Below are positions 18,390-28,629 of a DNA stretch of 64,000 bases, one piece after another. The position numbers and the translations under genes were made by a program. Source of the DNA: an uncultured Mollicutes bacterium (lineage in GTDB: Bacteria > Bacillota_I > Bacilli_A > RF39 > UBA660); the NCBI GenBank assembly GCA_900550145.1, contig URRF01000002.1, positions 5,228 to 69,227 on the forward strand. The letters run 5' to 3'. The notes beneath the pieces were generated by a model. It saw only the letters and a list, made by a program, of their open reading frames with translations, was not told where the DNA came from and searched no databases. Numbering within the stretch: the first letter of the stretch is position 1; every line of letters starts with the position of its first letter.

Positions 18390-19040
18390 ATGTTAGTAGT
18401 ATTGTCGCCTATAAGAACAAAAGCAATTCATGAAGTTATTGATTCTAGATGCACTGATGAATTAAAAATATCATTAAGAGAAGAAGCATCTTTATTAACT
18501 TATAGATTAAGTAAAGTAGAAAAAAAAGGTAATGTTACTTATACTTTATATTTTTATAATATATCTGATAATTTGTATGTTCTTGATACTAAAACAAATA
18601 AAAAATATTATAAAAACGATAAAATAGAAAATATAAATCCAGGAACCATTTTAAATTTAGATATATATGCTATAGATAGCAGTTATTGTAAAACATATAA
18701 ACCAGATAGTAGAAGTATACGTGTACCTTATTATAATAAGTTTTCTACAAGCGAATTATGTATAGGTCATAAAGAATATGCTCTATGTAAAGAAGATATT
18801 AATGTTACATTAACAGAAGAACAATTTAAAGAATCGTTAAATAAATATATTGAGTCACTTGAACAAAAACGAACTACAATAACAACTAAGCAAACAACAA
18901 ATGAAGGTAATAAATTTAATATATTCGATTTTATAATAAAATATAACGAATATATTAGTGCATTTGGAGTTCTATTATTAATTATTTATATAGTAGTAGA
19001 TATTAAAATAACTAATAAAAAAAGGAGAAGTATATTATGA
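18390..19040 (+). CDS. hypothetical protein with C-terminal TM anchor
   Basis: ORF with a C-terminal hydrophobic helix followed by KKRRSIL. The stop overlaps the next start (ATGA). Confidence 0.3.
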   Translation: MLVVLSPIRTKAIHEVIDSRCTDELKISLREEASLLTYRLSKVEKKGNVTYTLYFYNISDNLYVLDTKTNKKYYKNDKIENINPGTILNLDIYAIDSSYCKTYKPDSRSIRVPYYNKFSTSELCIGHKEYALCKEDINVTLTEEQFKESLNKYIESLEQKRTTITTKQTTNEGNKFNIFDFIIKYNEYISAFGVLLLIIYIVVDIKITNKKRRSIL

Positions 19041-20299
19041 GAAAAAAGATATTAATTTTATTAAGTTTAATTTTACCAGCATTTGTATATGCAGATAGTT
19101 GTACAATCAATAATGATACACAAACTACGCAAGATAGAACTTTATCATGTGATACTAATTTTAAAAAGACAACTACTTTTAAAACGGAAAGTGAAGAAAA
19201 AATACTTGAAAATGAAGTATGTACAATAAAATGTACTGAAAGTATTATTTTTTCAATTGATCCAGTAAAAAAAGTATTAGCAGGTACAAGTTTTAGATAT
19301 CCTCTTTATTATAGTGGTGAGAGGAAATGTACAGCAACTTATAAATATCAAGAATATGAAACAAAAATTAAAAAATTAGTAGGTGAATATGAAAAACTCA
19401 CTGGAACAGATAAAGATACTAAAGCAAATGAAATAGTAAATTATTATACTTTAAAAAAGCAATGCGATGAGTTTACAAAACAAGATAGTGACTATAAAAA
19501 TGAATATAAACTAAATGCAAATGTAGAATTAAAGGTAGATACTTCTACTGGTTCTAAAACAATAAAATATGTATCATTAAAAATTAATGATTATGAATCA
19601 AATGTTAATGTTGATGAAGTAAATTATGCTTCATGTGGATATGATGAATCATTAAAAAAATGTGCTGGTTCTACAAAAACAATATCAAATTGGACTGAAA
19701 CAGCAAGAATATATGGAAAATATACCATGCCAAATACATATGTAGAAAGATATACAGGAGAAATAAAAAATGTTCCAAGTACTAAAACTTGTAATGCAGG
19801 TGATAGATACTTTGTTGATTTTAAAGAACTTACAAATCCACAAACTGGTGCGACTGATGAAACTGGGTATAGTTTAACACTTACGGCTGATGAAATAGGG
19901 AATAATATTGATAAGAGTAAAGATAAATGGAAATTATCAGTAAATTGTTCATACAAAGTAAAAAATTTAATATTTCCACAAGGCAGTTCTACTACAACAG
20001 TAGATGAAAACTATAAAAAATATGGAAGTTCAACATTTATTTATAGACAAATAGATATTGATGATCCATTTCCAAATAGAGAACCAGCTGCTAATTGGCA
20101 AGGAAAAGAAAATATAATAATATCTAAACCATATGAAACACTATTAACATTACAAAAATTTGAAATATCTTTGGATAGAGGATCTATAAAAAGAGTAAGA
20201 GATTATAATAGTAATTATCCATATGATACGTTTAATTTAAGCGAAATGGAAAAAAGTTTATTTATAATAAATAATCCGACAATTGTAAAGAGAAAGTAA
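19037..20299 (+). CDS. secreted Cys-containing protein (hypothetical)
   Basis: Signal peptide MRKKILILLSLILPAFVYA. Translationally coupled to the upstream ORF. Confidence 0.4.
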   Translation: MRKKILILLSLILPAFVYADSCTINNDTQTTQDRTLSCDTNFKKTTTFKTESEEKILENEVCTIKCTESIIFSIDPVKKVLAGTSFRYPLYYSGERKCTATYKYQEYETKIKKLVGEYEKLTGTDKDTKANEIVNYYTLKKQCDEFTKQDSDYKNEYKLNANVELKVDTSTGSKTIKYVSLKINDYESNVNVDEVNYASCGYDESLKKCAGSTKTISNWTETARIYGKYTMPNTYVERYTGEIKNVPSTKTCNAGDRYFVDFKELTNPQTGATDETGYSLTLTADEIGNNIDKSKDKWKLSVNCSYKVKNLIFPQGSSTTTVDENYKKYGSSTFIYRQIDIDDPFPNREPAANWQGKENIIISKPYETLLTLQKFEISLDRGSIKRVRDYNSNYPYDTFNLSEMEKSLFIINNPTIVKRK

Positions 20300-20318
20300 T
20301 ATACTTTTCTCTTTTCAC
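20287..20318 (+). terminator. rho-independent terminator
   Basis: AAAGAGAAAGT-aatat-ACTTTTCTCTTT hairpin. Confidence 0.5.
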
Positions 20319-20401
20319 GTCAAAAAAATTAAAATCAAGTTTACATAAAATAAAAATATGATATAATTATCTTATAATAAAAGTATGCTAGGAGGAATAA
20401 A

Positions 20402-21226
20402 ATGGGCAATTTAGGTTTCAAAATTAAAAGATTTTTACAAAACAAAAATACAGTAACAATTATAGGAGTAGCACTTATTGTTGGTATAATATACTTTGGA
20501 TATAATTATAGAATAAAACAAGCTACTAATCCTACAAAGGTTCCGTACGCAAAAACAACAATACAACCAAGAACAAAAATAACGGAAGATATGATTGGAT
20601 ACATGGATGTTATGCCTAGTATGATTAACAAATCAACAATCACAAATATAAAATATATAGTAGGTAAATGGTCTAATTATAATACAATAATACCAGAGGG
20701 AAGTTTGTTTTACACACAAACAGTTGTTACATCTGATCAATTACCAGATTCAGCATTTATTACAATACCAGAGGGCTATACACCATTTAACTTATCTGTA
20801 AACGTTAATAGTACTTATGGTAATTCAATATTTCCAAATAACTATATAGATGTATATTTTAAATATTTAAACTCTGATGGCAAGGTAACTGTAGGTAAAC
20901 TAATTGAAAATGTTAAAGTACTTGCTGTAAAAGATAGAAATGGAAAACATGTTTTTGAAAATAGTGATGAAGAAAGAGTTCCAAGCATCATAATATTTGC
21001 TGTGCCTGAAGATATGCATTTATTATTGAGAAAAGCAACATATCTATCAAATATAAGAGAAATTTCTGCAGAATTAATACCAGTACCTACAACTGAGTCA
21101 TATAGTTCTGAACCAGGCGCTATTAGATTGGCTAGTACAGCACTTAAAAACTTCATAGAATTAAATACAGGTACAGTTCCAGTAGATGAATTGCCACCAA
21201 TTTATGATCCTACTGAAGAGCAGTAG
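20402..21226 (+). CDS. CpaB/RcpC-like Flp pilus assembly protein (TM plus SAF-like domain)
   Basis: N-terminal TM helix; the VDVYF...VKVLAVKD...IIIFAVPEDMHLLLRKA pattern is typical of CpaB. Confidence 0.5.
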   Translation: MGNLGFKIKRFLQNKNTVTIIGVALIVGIIYFGYNYRIKQATNPTKVPYAKTTIQPRTKITEDMIGYMDVMPSMINKSTITNIKYIVGKWSNYNTIIPEGSLFYTQTVVTSDQLPDSAFITIPEGYTPFNLSVNVNSTYGNSIFPNNYIDVYFKYLNSDGKVTVGKLIENVKVLAVKDRNGKHVFENSDEERVPSIIIFAVPEDMHLLLRKATYLSNIREISAELIPVPTTESYSSEPGAIRLASTALKNFIELNTGTVPVDELPPIYDPTEEQ

Positions 21227-21243
21227 AAAAAAGGGAGGGCTTT

Positions 21244-22362
21244 ATGGATACGATGTTTACTAATGTTGATTTTGGCCCATTAAAAAAATATTTAGATGAT
21301 GACGATATTACTGACGTATCATATAGTAATAATGGGCAGTTATGGCTTAAATCACTTTCAAAGGGAATTTATAAGCCGGAATTGCAAGACGTTAATAATG
21401 CTATAATTGAAAAGCTTGCTTTTCAGTGCGCAAATATGATGGGTAAAACTTTCAATATGGCACACCCCTTTTTGGATGCAGAAAGTGCAGAACTTCGTCT
21501 TAACTTTGTACATGATTCAATAGCAAAAAATGGTATTGCACTTTTAATGAGAAAAACACCCGCAAAGATCAGATTAAAAAAAGAAAAAATAATAGAAGAA
21601 AAATATATAACAGAAACCATACATGACTTTCTACTTAAATGTGTTGAAGGTCATTGCAATATAATTATAAGTGGTGAAACAGGTAGTGGTAAAACAGAGT
21701 TTTTAAAATATCTAGCCGCACATACTAAAGAAAATGAAAAACTTATAACTATAGAGGATACTCTAGAACTACATTTAGATAGAATATTCCCATATAGAGA
21801 TATAGTAGCAATGAAAACTAATAATATTGCATCTTATTCAGATGTATTAGTTACATGCATGAGACAAAATCCAAAATGGATATTACTATCAGAAGTACGT
21901 AGTGCAGAAGCGGTAATGGCTGTGCGTAATTCCATTTCATCAGGACACTATATAATATCTACAATACATGCTGATAAAGCCGCTTCAATACCAAATCGTA
22001 TGTATAGTTTGCTTGAAACTAACCTTGATATTGATCAATTCTTAAAATCAGTTTATAGATATGTTCAAATAGGCGTTCATATAAGAGGATACCAAGATAA
22101 AAATACACAACGATTTATTCGTGAAGTTTGTGAAGTTTGCGAATTTTATGTTGATGATGAGAATAACGCAAAAAGTAATATAATTTATAAAAAAACACCA
22201 ACTGGACAAGTTTATTATGCAAATCCAACTAGATATCTATTGGATTATTTATCAGCACAGGGTGTAATCCTTCCTAAAGATGTTATAGTAAAGCAAGAGG
22301 AAGATGTTACAAGTACACCAACTGTGAAATCAAAATTAAGTGAAGAAATACTAGAGATATAA
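21244..22362 (+). CDS. TadA/CpaF-type secretion ATPase (type II/IV secretion NTPase family)
   Basis: Walker A IISGETGSGKTEFLK; VirB11/CpaF-like core; 372 aa. Confidence 0.8.
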   Translation: MDTMFTNVDFGPLKKYLDDDDITDVSYSNNGQLWLKSLSKGIYKPELQDVNNAIIEKLAFQCANMMGKTFNMAHPFLDAESAELRLNFVHDSIAKNGIALLMRKTPAKIRLKKEKIIEEKYITETIHDFLLKCVEGHCNIIISGETGSGKTEFLKYLAAHTKENEKLITIEDTLELHLDRIFPYRDIVAMKTNNIASYSDVLVTCMRQNPKWILLSEVRSAEAVMAVRNSISSGHYIISTIHADKAASIPNRMYSLLETNLDIDQFLKSVYRYVQIGVHIRGYQDKNTQRFIREVCEVCEFYVDDENNAKSNIIYKKTPTGQVYYANPTRYLLDYLSAQGVILPKDVIVKQEEDVTSTPTVKSKLSEEILEI

Positions 22363-22377
22363 TAAAGGAGGTATACT

Positions 22378-23271
22378 ATGGAATTTTTACTAATACTCAT
22401 TATTGCTCTATTTATAGTAATTTATAGAAAAAATACAGGTGCTATTACATATAAGTTTATAGTTGGAAAAGTAGGAGAAGCATATGATAAATTTGCACCC
22501 TACTCATTTAAAAAAATAAGAGAGAAAGTAAAAGAACTCGGCATGGAATATACCCCAAAACAATATACAGTGCAAGTAATAATGTTTGCAGGTGCTGCGT
22601 TTATAGTTTCATATTTATATTTTTACAGCATAATAATAAGTATTTTTTATGTAGTAGTAGCAGTATTAGTTATTCCATATTTAGCTTACTTAAGATGTAA
22701 AAGAGTATATAGCGAATTTATTTTTGAACAAATCCAAGTATATACAACAAATACAATAATGGAATTTGCTGTAACTGAATCATTTGTAAAATCATTAGAA
22801 GGTGTCTATTCATCTGGAGTATTAGAAGATCCCGTTTTAAGTGATGTAAAACATATGATAGATATGTCCTATGTAAATGGGTCAGTAAAAGAATCAATAG
22901 AATATATGGATAAAAAATATGACTATCATATAGTAAAAAATATGCATCAATTATTTTATCAAATTACACAAGAGGGCTCATTAGATGCTAAAGATACACT
23001 AGATGCAATGCTTGTAGATATAGATGCACTAGTAGAAGGTGTTTATAGAGATAGAATTGATAGATCTGCATTTCATAAATCATTTTTAAGATATGGAATC
23101 CTATTATACTTGATGGTAATGTTAATTCAGTATCTGCTTGGAATGGATTCGTATTTAAAATTATTAGATCAAACAGTAGTTAGAATATTATTACATGCAA
23201 TTATTATAATTAATAGTTATTTCTTACTAAATGGTGAAAAATATTATAATGAGAATGTAGGTGCTGAATAA
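22378..23271 (+). CDS. TadB-like inner-membrane platform protein (T2SSF-like)
   Basis: Polytopic membrane protein directly downstream of the ATPase; topology typical of this family. Confidence 0.45.
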   Translation: MEFLLILIIALFIVIYRKNTGAITYKFIVGKVGEAYDKFAPYSFKKIREKVKELGMEYTPKQYTVQVIMFAGAAFIVSYLYFYSIIISIFYVVVAVLVIPYLAYLRCKRVYSEFIFEQIQVYTTNTIMEFAVTESFVKSLEGVYSSGVLEDPVLSDVKHMIDMSYVNGSVKESIEYMDKKYDYHIVKNMHQLFYQITQEGSLDAKDTLDAMLVDIDALVEGVYRDRIDRSAFHKSFLRYGILLYLMVMLIQYLLGMDSYLKLLDQTVVRILLHAIIIINSYFLLNGEKYYNENVGAE

Positions 23272-24050
23272 TGGAGATATTAGTAGTTGGTATAATTATT
23301 CTTTATATATTAGAGAAGAATAAAAAAATAAATAGTGGACAATTTATACAAGAAAATACTGCATTTTTAGACAAATTAAAAGAATCAGATTATGATTTTC
23401 TAGTTAGAAGTAAGTATGGAGAAGATGTAGATCCTAACGTTCTTTTTCAAAAAAGAACAAAGAATGCATTTATAGTAATAGTATTTCTTATATTCTTATT
23501 TATTACTCAATTATCTTTTTTAAATGTATTAGCTGCATTTGTAGTTGGATTTGTTGTTTTCAAATCATCATACAGTAGTTTAAAAACCTATTACAAAAAA
23601 CATTTACATGAGATAAATTTACAATTACCATATTTTCTTAAAACACTAGAAGTATTAGCACAGCATTATACAATACCAGTAGCATTAGCAAAAAGTATTG
23701 ATAGTGCACCAGAAATATTTAGATCTGGTTTAAGAAATTTAGTAGAAAGAATAAATGAAGGAGATTCAACTGTTGAACCATATATGGATTTCGCTAAAGA
23801 ATATCCAGTAAATGATTCAATGAGAATGATGAGATTATTATATAGATTAGGTCTTGGTTCCCAGGAAAATAAACATGAACAACTTGTAATGTTCTCAAAA
23901 AGTGTATCAGCACTTCAAAATAAAGCAAGAGAAACAAGATATAAAGAAAGATTACAAGTAATGGAAAACAAGACAATGATAATGCTGGGTGCAGTTGGTG
24001 GAGGAGTAATGTTATTACTTTTAATATCAATGTTACAATCATTTTCGTAA
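23271..24050 (+). CDS. TadC-like inner-membrane platform protein (T2SSF-like); N-terminal region contains an IS-derived 64-nt segment
   Basis: TM helices flank a cytoplasmic domain. Nucleotides 23312-23375 are 63/64 identical to the IS3 orfA segment at 49030-49092 (reverse complement). Confidence 0.45.
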   Translation: MEILVVGIIILYILEKNKKINSGQFIQENTAFLDKLKESDYDFLVRSKYGEDVDPNVLFQKRTKNAFIVIVFLIFLFITQLSFLNVLAAFVVGFVVFKSSYSSLKTYYKKHLHEINLQLPYFLKTLEVLAQHYTIPVALAKSIDSAPEIFRSGLRNLVERINEGDSTVEPYMDFAKEYPVNDSMRMMRLLYRLGLGSQENKHEQLVMFSKSVSALQNKARETRYKERLQVMENKTMIMLGAVGGGVMLLLLISMLQSFS

Positions 24051-24125
24051 AAAAGTGTAAACAATAATTGCTTTGTGTATAAATATGATATATAATATAA
24101 AAAATAAAAGTAAAGGAGGTAAAAT

Positions 24126-24314
24126 ATGAAAGCTGCTACAGGTGAGTTAAACTTAACCCTTATCACAATATTAGCATTAGGAGCTGTACTTGCATTCTTC
24201 TGGGCTTTATGGCCTTCAATTAAAGACAAAATAAGAGGCAGTATAAATGATAATGATGGTAATGATCCTAATGCTACAGGTTATGTAGAAATAGTAGAAA
24301 CAGATTTAATATAA
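24126..24314 (+). CDS. small hydrophobic pilin-like protein (possible divergent Flp-type pilin)
   Basis: 62 aa: MKAATG-ELNLTLITILALGAVLAFF, a hydrophobic helix after Gly. Sits at the pilin position in the tad operon. The motif is atypical. Confidence 0.3.
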   Translation: MKAATGELNLTLITILALGAVLAFFWALWPSIKDKIRGSINDNDGNDPNATGYVEIVETDLI

Positions 24315-24329
24315 TAAAGAGGTGATAGA

Positions 24330-24731
24330 ATGAGAGAAGCAGTTGGTGGAGCTCTATTGATAAAATTAGTAATGTTTTTCATAGTAATTTACGTATGCTT
24401 TATGGCAATTGCAGTTAATTATTCTATTACTTTTAGAGTAAAAAATCAGATTATAAATCTGATAGAAGCATATGAAGGTTATGATCTTGCTGAAGAGCAT
24501 ATAAAAGAATATGTTGCTAGTGTTGGTTATTATAAAGCAAATGGCAACATGATGGTTGAAGAAGATTGTATAAACGCTGCAAGCGTAGGTGGTTATTGCA
24601 TTGAAGAATTGACATCAACAAGAGGGACATATTATAAAGTTACTACGTATGTTTCTTTTGACTTTCCTATAGTTGGAAGATTAACTAATTTTCCAGTATC
24701 CGGGGAAACAAAAGTTATTTATAGCATGTAA
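24330..24731 (+). CDS. TadE-like pseudopilin-type protein
   Basis: 133 aa with a single N-terminal TM helix, in the position typical for tadE/tadF. Confidence 0.35.
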   Translation: MREAVGGALLIKLVMFFIVIYVCFMAIAVNYSITFRVKNQIINLIEAYEGYDLAEEHIKEYVASVGYYKANGNMMVEEDCINAASVGGYCIEELTSTRGTYYKVTTYVSFDFPIVGRLTNFPVSGETKVIYSM

Positions 24732-24743
24732 GGTGGTGTATTT

Positions 24744-25736
24744 ATGAATGTAATCGTGTCTAACAAGGCAAACAATCTTTTGTCTTCTCTTCAAATAGAT
24801 GTAATTAAAAAGATTCAAGGAGAGTTTTCAGTAGAAGAAATTATTTCTATATTTGAAAACTTTTTTTACCAAAGAATGATATTGGATATTACTGCAATCA
24901 GAGATTATAAAGATGTAAAAAATATACAAAATTTATCTATACATTTAGATACGAGTAAAATAATTATTCTACTTGATGGTTCAGCAGAAACCTCTTCTAG
25001 TGAATATATTTCAAAACTCATATCCATGGGTATATATAATTTTACACAAAATATAGATGGTGTTATATATTTACTTAATCATCCTAATTCATACAAAGAT
25101 GTTGCATCAATGCACCAAATAGAAGATAAACCATTTTCTATGATGAGAGTAGAAAATAACAGAACAAAAGTTATTGGCTTTAAAAATCTAACTGAAAATG
25201 CAGGAAGTTCATCATTAATTTTTATGCTTAAAAGGCAATTGCAAAATAATTATGTAGTTAAAGCAATTGAAATTGATTCACGAGATTTTTTGTTTTATAG
25301 CGACAAAGATATGATATCAACAACTAGTGAAGACTTAGGAAAAGAATTATTAAAATTAAATGGAAATGTAGATATTGTTTTAATTGATTTAAATAAATCT
25401 GATCAAGAAAAAGCATGCAATGAAGTTCTATATTTAATTGAACCATCAATTATAAAAATGAATAAATTCGTATCAAGGAATAGAGAAAAATTACCAACTC
25501 TTTTAAGTAAAAAGGTCATTTTAAATAAAAGCTTATTATCTGAAAAAGATATTAGAGAATTTGAGATGGAGTCAGGAATTAAAATATTTTATTCCATTCC
25601 TCCTTTAAATGACAGATATCCAAGTGAAATACTTGATAATTTCTTAGTAAAATTGGGCTTTCTTAAACAAAGAGTAGAACCAAGAGAAATGTCTAATAAT
25701 AACAAATTATTTGGTATATTTAAACGTAGAAGTTGA
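24744..25736 (+). CDS. hypothetical protein (possibly a degenerate TadZ/CpaE-like assembly protein)
   Basis: 330 aa with no intact P-loop. Called from position in the operon only. Confidence 0.2.
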   Translation: MNVIVSNKANNLLSSLQIDVIKKIQGEFSVEEIISIFENFFYQRMILDITAIRDYKDVKNIQNLSIHLDTSKIIILLDGSAETSSSEYISKLISMGIYNFTQNIDGVIYLLNHPNSYKDVASMHQIEDKPFSMMRVENNRTKVIGFKNLTENAGSSSLIFMLKRQLQNNYVVKAIEIDSRDFLFYSDKDMISTTSEDLGKELLKLNGNVDIVLIDLNKSDQEKACNEVLYLIEPSIIKMNKFVSRNREKLPTLLSKKVILNKSLLSEKDIREFEMESGIKIFYSIPPLNDRYPSEILDNFLVKLGFLKQRVEPREMSNNNKLFGIFKRRS

Positions 25737-25787
25737 CAATTATAAACATATATTATAAAATTAAATTGTTATAAAGGAGGAAGAACT

Positions 25788-26102
25788 ATGAGTTTATGTG
25801 AGAATTCAGAACTACTTAGTATAATTGGAATTTTAAAAACTGTACTAAAAATTATGCAAATTGGTATACCAGTTCTATTAATAATATTTGGAACTATTGA
25901 TTTAGGTAAAGCAGTTATGGCTGGAGAAGAAAAAGAAATCAAAGCGGCTACAAGTATTTTAGTTAAAAGAGCAATTGCAGCAGTAGCAGTGTTCCTATTA
26001 GTTTTATTAGTTTCAGTTATTACTGGCTGGGTAGGCGGAGATGAATGGAAACAATGCTGGAGCGCAGCAAACACTAATGTTAAAATAAATCCTTTGGGAT
26101 AA
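25788..26102 (+). CDS. small membrane protein (hypothetical)
   Basis: Two hydrophobic helices; 104 aa. Confidence 0.3.
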   Translation: MSLCENSELLSIIGILKTVLKIMQIGIPVLLIIFGTIDLGKAVMAGEEKEIKAATSILVKRAIAAVAVFLLVLLVSVITGWVGGDEWKQCWSAANTNVKINPLG

Positions 26103-26131
26103 TTTAAATCAAAGTTAATAATTGTAAATTT

Positions 26132-26160
26132 AAAAATATCTTTTTATAGATATTTTTTTC
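26132..26160 (+). terminator. rho-independent terminator
   Basis: AAAAATATC-loop-GATATTTTT plus T-run. Confidence 0.6.
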
Positions 26161-26195
26161 TTATCGTGATATAATGTAGAAGAGTAGGTGAACTT

Positions 26196-26849
26196 ATGAA
26201 AAAAGTTTTGATACTTTTACTCTTTATCCTTACCCTATGTGGATGTGAATACAAGAGTAAATATAATGAAATGGATATAAACAAATTATTTGATACATTT
26301 TTAGCCAATAATACTAATTTAGCCAATCACTCAACTAATGGCTACAAATATTATTTACCTAGAGGTGTAAAAGTAGTAAAAAGTAAAGAATACAATGAAG
26401 AACTATATTCAAATGGAAATTATTATTATTTATATATTGATGCGGTTGGTTACTTCTATAAAAATAATATAGATTATGAATTAGATGATTCACTATATTT
26501 CTCTAAAAGCTTTGATTATAATAACAAAACAGGATATGCAAATATAAAAAAGGAAAATGATAAATATTTAATATATGTTTATTATAACTATGCCAGCATA
26601 GAAACATATGCAAGCGAGGAAAACTTAAAAAATTCAATTGTAAATATTTGTTACATACTTAATTCAATTAAGTTTAACGATTCAATTACAAACTATGCAA
26701 TAGGTGATGATAGAGGAAAACTTAAAGAAGAAACATTTGATTTCTATGTTCCAAAAAAAGAAGGAAATTTTATAGATTACATAAATAAGTACGATGAATA
26801 TGTAGATGAAAAAAATACCGAAGGAAATATCGGTAAACAAGTTGAATAA
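26196..26849 (+). CDS. lipoprotein (hypothetical)
   Basis: Lipobox LTLCGC after a signal peptide. Confidence 0.55.
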   Translation: MKKVLILLLFILTLCGCEYKSKYNEMDINKLFDTFLANNTNLANHSTNGYKYYLPRGVKVVKSKEYNEELYSNGNYYYLYIDAVGYFYKNNIDYELDDSLYFSKSFDYNNKTGYANIKKENDKYLIYVYYNYASIETYASEENLKNSIVNICYILNSIKFNDSITNYAIGDDRGKLKEETFDFYVPKKEGNFIDYINKYDEYVDEKNTEGNIGKQVE

Positions 26850-26864
26850 GAAAGGTGGATTATT

Positions 26865-27575
26865 ATGGGACTTTTTGATAAGTTAAAAAATATTTTTATA
26901 GAGGAAGAAGAAATTGAATCAGAGGAATCATATAAAAGTATTCCAAAGAAAATAGAAGTAAAAGAAGAAACAAAAAAGGAAGAAGTTGTAAAAGAAATTC
27001 CGCAAATAACAAAAGAAGATGTAGTTAGTGATAGAGATTTAATTGAAACTAATCAAAAATTTAAATTTCCTATTATATTTGAAGAAGATGATTTCAAAGA
27101 AGAAAGAAAAAAGAGTAAAAGTATAAATGTGTTAGAAAGAGAAAATACTAAATATGAACCAGAGATAAAAAGAGAAGTAAAACCGCAAAAGAAAACATTT
27201 AAACCTTCCCCAGTTATTTCTCCAGTATATGGAGTATTGGATAAAAATTATACGAAGGATGAAATCAGTTCTAAAGATGGACTTCTTACAGATAGTGAAG
27301 ATAAGGTTGATATAGATTATGTTATAAAAAAAGCATATGGTAATCAAGCTACAACAAGAGAAGAAAAAAATAAAGAAAATCAAAAAGAATCAGATGAAAT
27401 AATAGATTTATTCAAAGATAAATTAAAAGAAGATGATTTTAATAATGAAGAATTATCTAATCAAGTAGACGAAAAAATAAAGTCAATAGATGACTTACTA
27501 AAAGATACAAACGATGATTTTTATTCTTTAGTTGATAGTATGTATAAAGATGAAGAAGGAGATGAAAAAGAATGA
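26865..27575 (+). CDS. acidic K/E-rich protein with N-terminal amphipathic helix (hypothetical)
   Basis: MGLFDKLKNIF followed by low-complexity charged sequence. Confidence 0.3.
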   Translation: MGLFDKLKNIFIEEEEIESEESYKSIPKKIEVKEETKKEEVVKEIPQITKEDVVSDRDLIETNQKFKFPIIFEEDDFKEERKKSKSINVLERENTKYEPEIKREVKPQKKTFKPSPVISPVYGVLDKNYTKDEISSKDGLLTDSEDKVDIDYVIKKAYGNQATTREEKNKENQKESDEIIDLFKDKLKEDDFNNEELSNQVDEKIKSIDDLLKDTNDDFYSLVDSMYKDEEGDEKE

Positions 27576-27877
27576 GTTTTTTAGAAATATCAAAATTAAT
27601 TCTTCCGTTGTTGCTTTATGTTGCTGCAATTGCTTTACTTATAACTTTAATAGTACTATGTGTAAAACTTATAAAAATATTAGGAAAAGTAGATAAAATA
27701 GTTGATGATGTAGATAACAAAGTAAAGTCTTTAAATGGAGTTTTTAATGTAATTGATTTTTGTACAGATAAAATTTCTTATGCAACCAATAGAATAGTTG
27801 ATGGCATAACTAATTTTGTACTAAAGATTGGAAAGAGAAAATATAATAAAAAAGAGGAGGAAGAAGATTATGAGTAA
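27572..27877 (+). CDS. small TM-anchored coiled-coil protein (DUF948-like)
   Basis: N-terminal TM helix, then a charged helix. Start overlaps the upstream stop. Confidence 0.3.
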   Translation: MSFLEISKLILPLLLYVAAIALLITLIVLCVKLIKILGKVDKIVDDVDNKVKSLNGVFNVIDFCTDKISYATNRIVDGITNFVLKIGKRKYNKKEEEEDYE

Positions 27878-28271
27878 AAAAGGAAAAACATTTAGTTTCT
27901 TAGGAGGAGCACTAGTTGGACTAGGATTAGGATTTTTATTTGCTCCTAAAAGTGGTAGTGAAACAAGAAAGGAACTTGCTAATCAAATATCTAACTTATG
28001 GGATAAAGTAAGAAAATTAGATGCTAATGAAATAAAAGAAAATATATCAAATAAATTAAATGAAATAGAAGCAGAACTTAGAAGTTTAGATAAAGAAAAA
28101 GTTTTAAGTATAGCCAAAGAAAAATGTGATTTATTAAAAGTAAAAGCAGAAGAACTTGTAGAAATGGCAAAAAAAGCATCACAACCAGTAATTGAAAATG
28201 CTGCAAAAACAGTAAAAAGAGAACTTGCTAATGTAACAAGAGAGGTATTAAATAAGTTAGAAGAAAAGTAA
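27828..28271 (+). CDS. YtxH-like membrane-anchored coiled-coil protein
   Basis: FSFLGGALVGLGLGFLFAPKSGSETRKEL N-terminus is typical of YtxH-family proteins. Confidence 0.45.
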   Translation: MERENIIKKRRKKIMSKKGKTFSFLGGALVGLGLGFLFAPKSGSETRKELANQISNLWDKVRKLDANEIKENISNKLNEIEAELRSLDKEKVLSIAKEKCDLLKVKAEELVEMAKKASQPVIENAAKTVKRELANVTREVLNKLEEK

Positions 28272-28287
28272 TATGTAGGAGGTATTT

Positions 28288-28629
28288 ATGACAACTATTA
28301 GTGAAATAAATGCTGCCATTCAAAGAGCAAATAACGAAATAGAAAAGTGTAATTCATTAAAAACAGCAATATCTGAGTTGTCGGAAAACATTATTTGTTG
28401 TACAAGCAAGTTAGAAGAAGCTTCTGATTTGATAAGCGATGGTTTAATAATTAATGGCAAATCAGCAGACGATGGATCAATATCTGAAATTTCAAATAAT
28501 ATAAAGAATGCTAAAGCAAATATAGAGGAAATTAATCCATCTATTGATACAAGAATACAAGAATTGCAAAAAAATATTGCTACTTGGAAAAATGAAATAA
28601 CACAATTACAAAAAACTACAAATGTATAA
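28288..28629 (+). CDS. small coiled-coil protein (hypothetical)
   Basis: 113 aa helical protein. Stop overlaps the start of the large hydrolase gene. Confidence 0.3.
   Translation: MTTISEINAAIQRANNEIEKCNSLKTAISELSENIICCTSKLEEASDLISDGLIINGKSADDGSISEISNNIKNAKANIEEINPSIDTRIQELQKNIATWKNEITQLQKTTNV

Noticed and set aside
24126-24314. Confident Flp pilin call
   Set aside because: The position in the operon fits. But the processing motif (G then ELNLT) does not match the Flp G/xxxxEY pattern, so it is listed only at low confidence.
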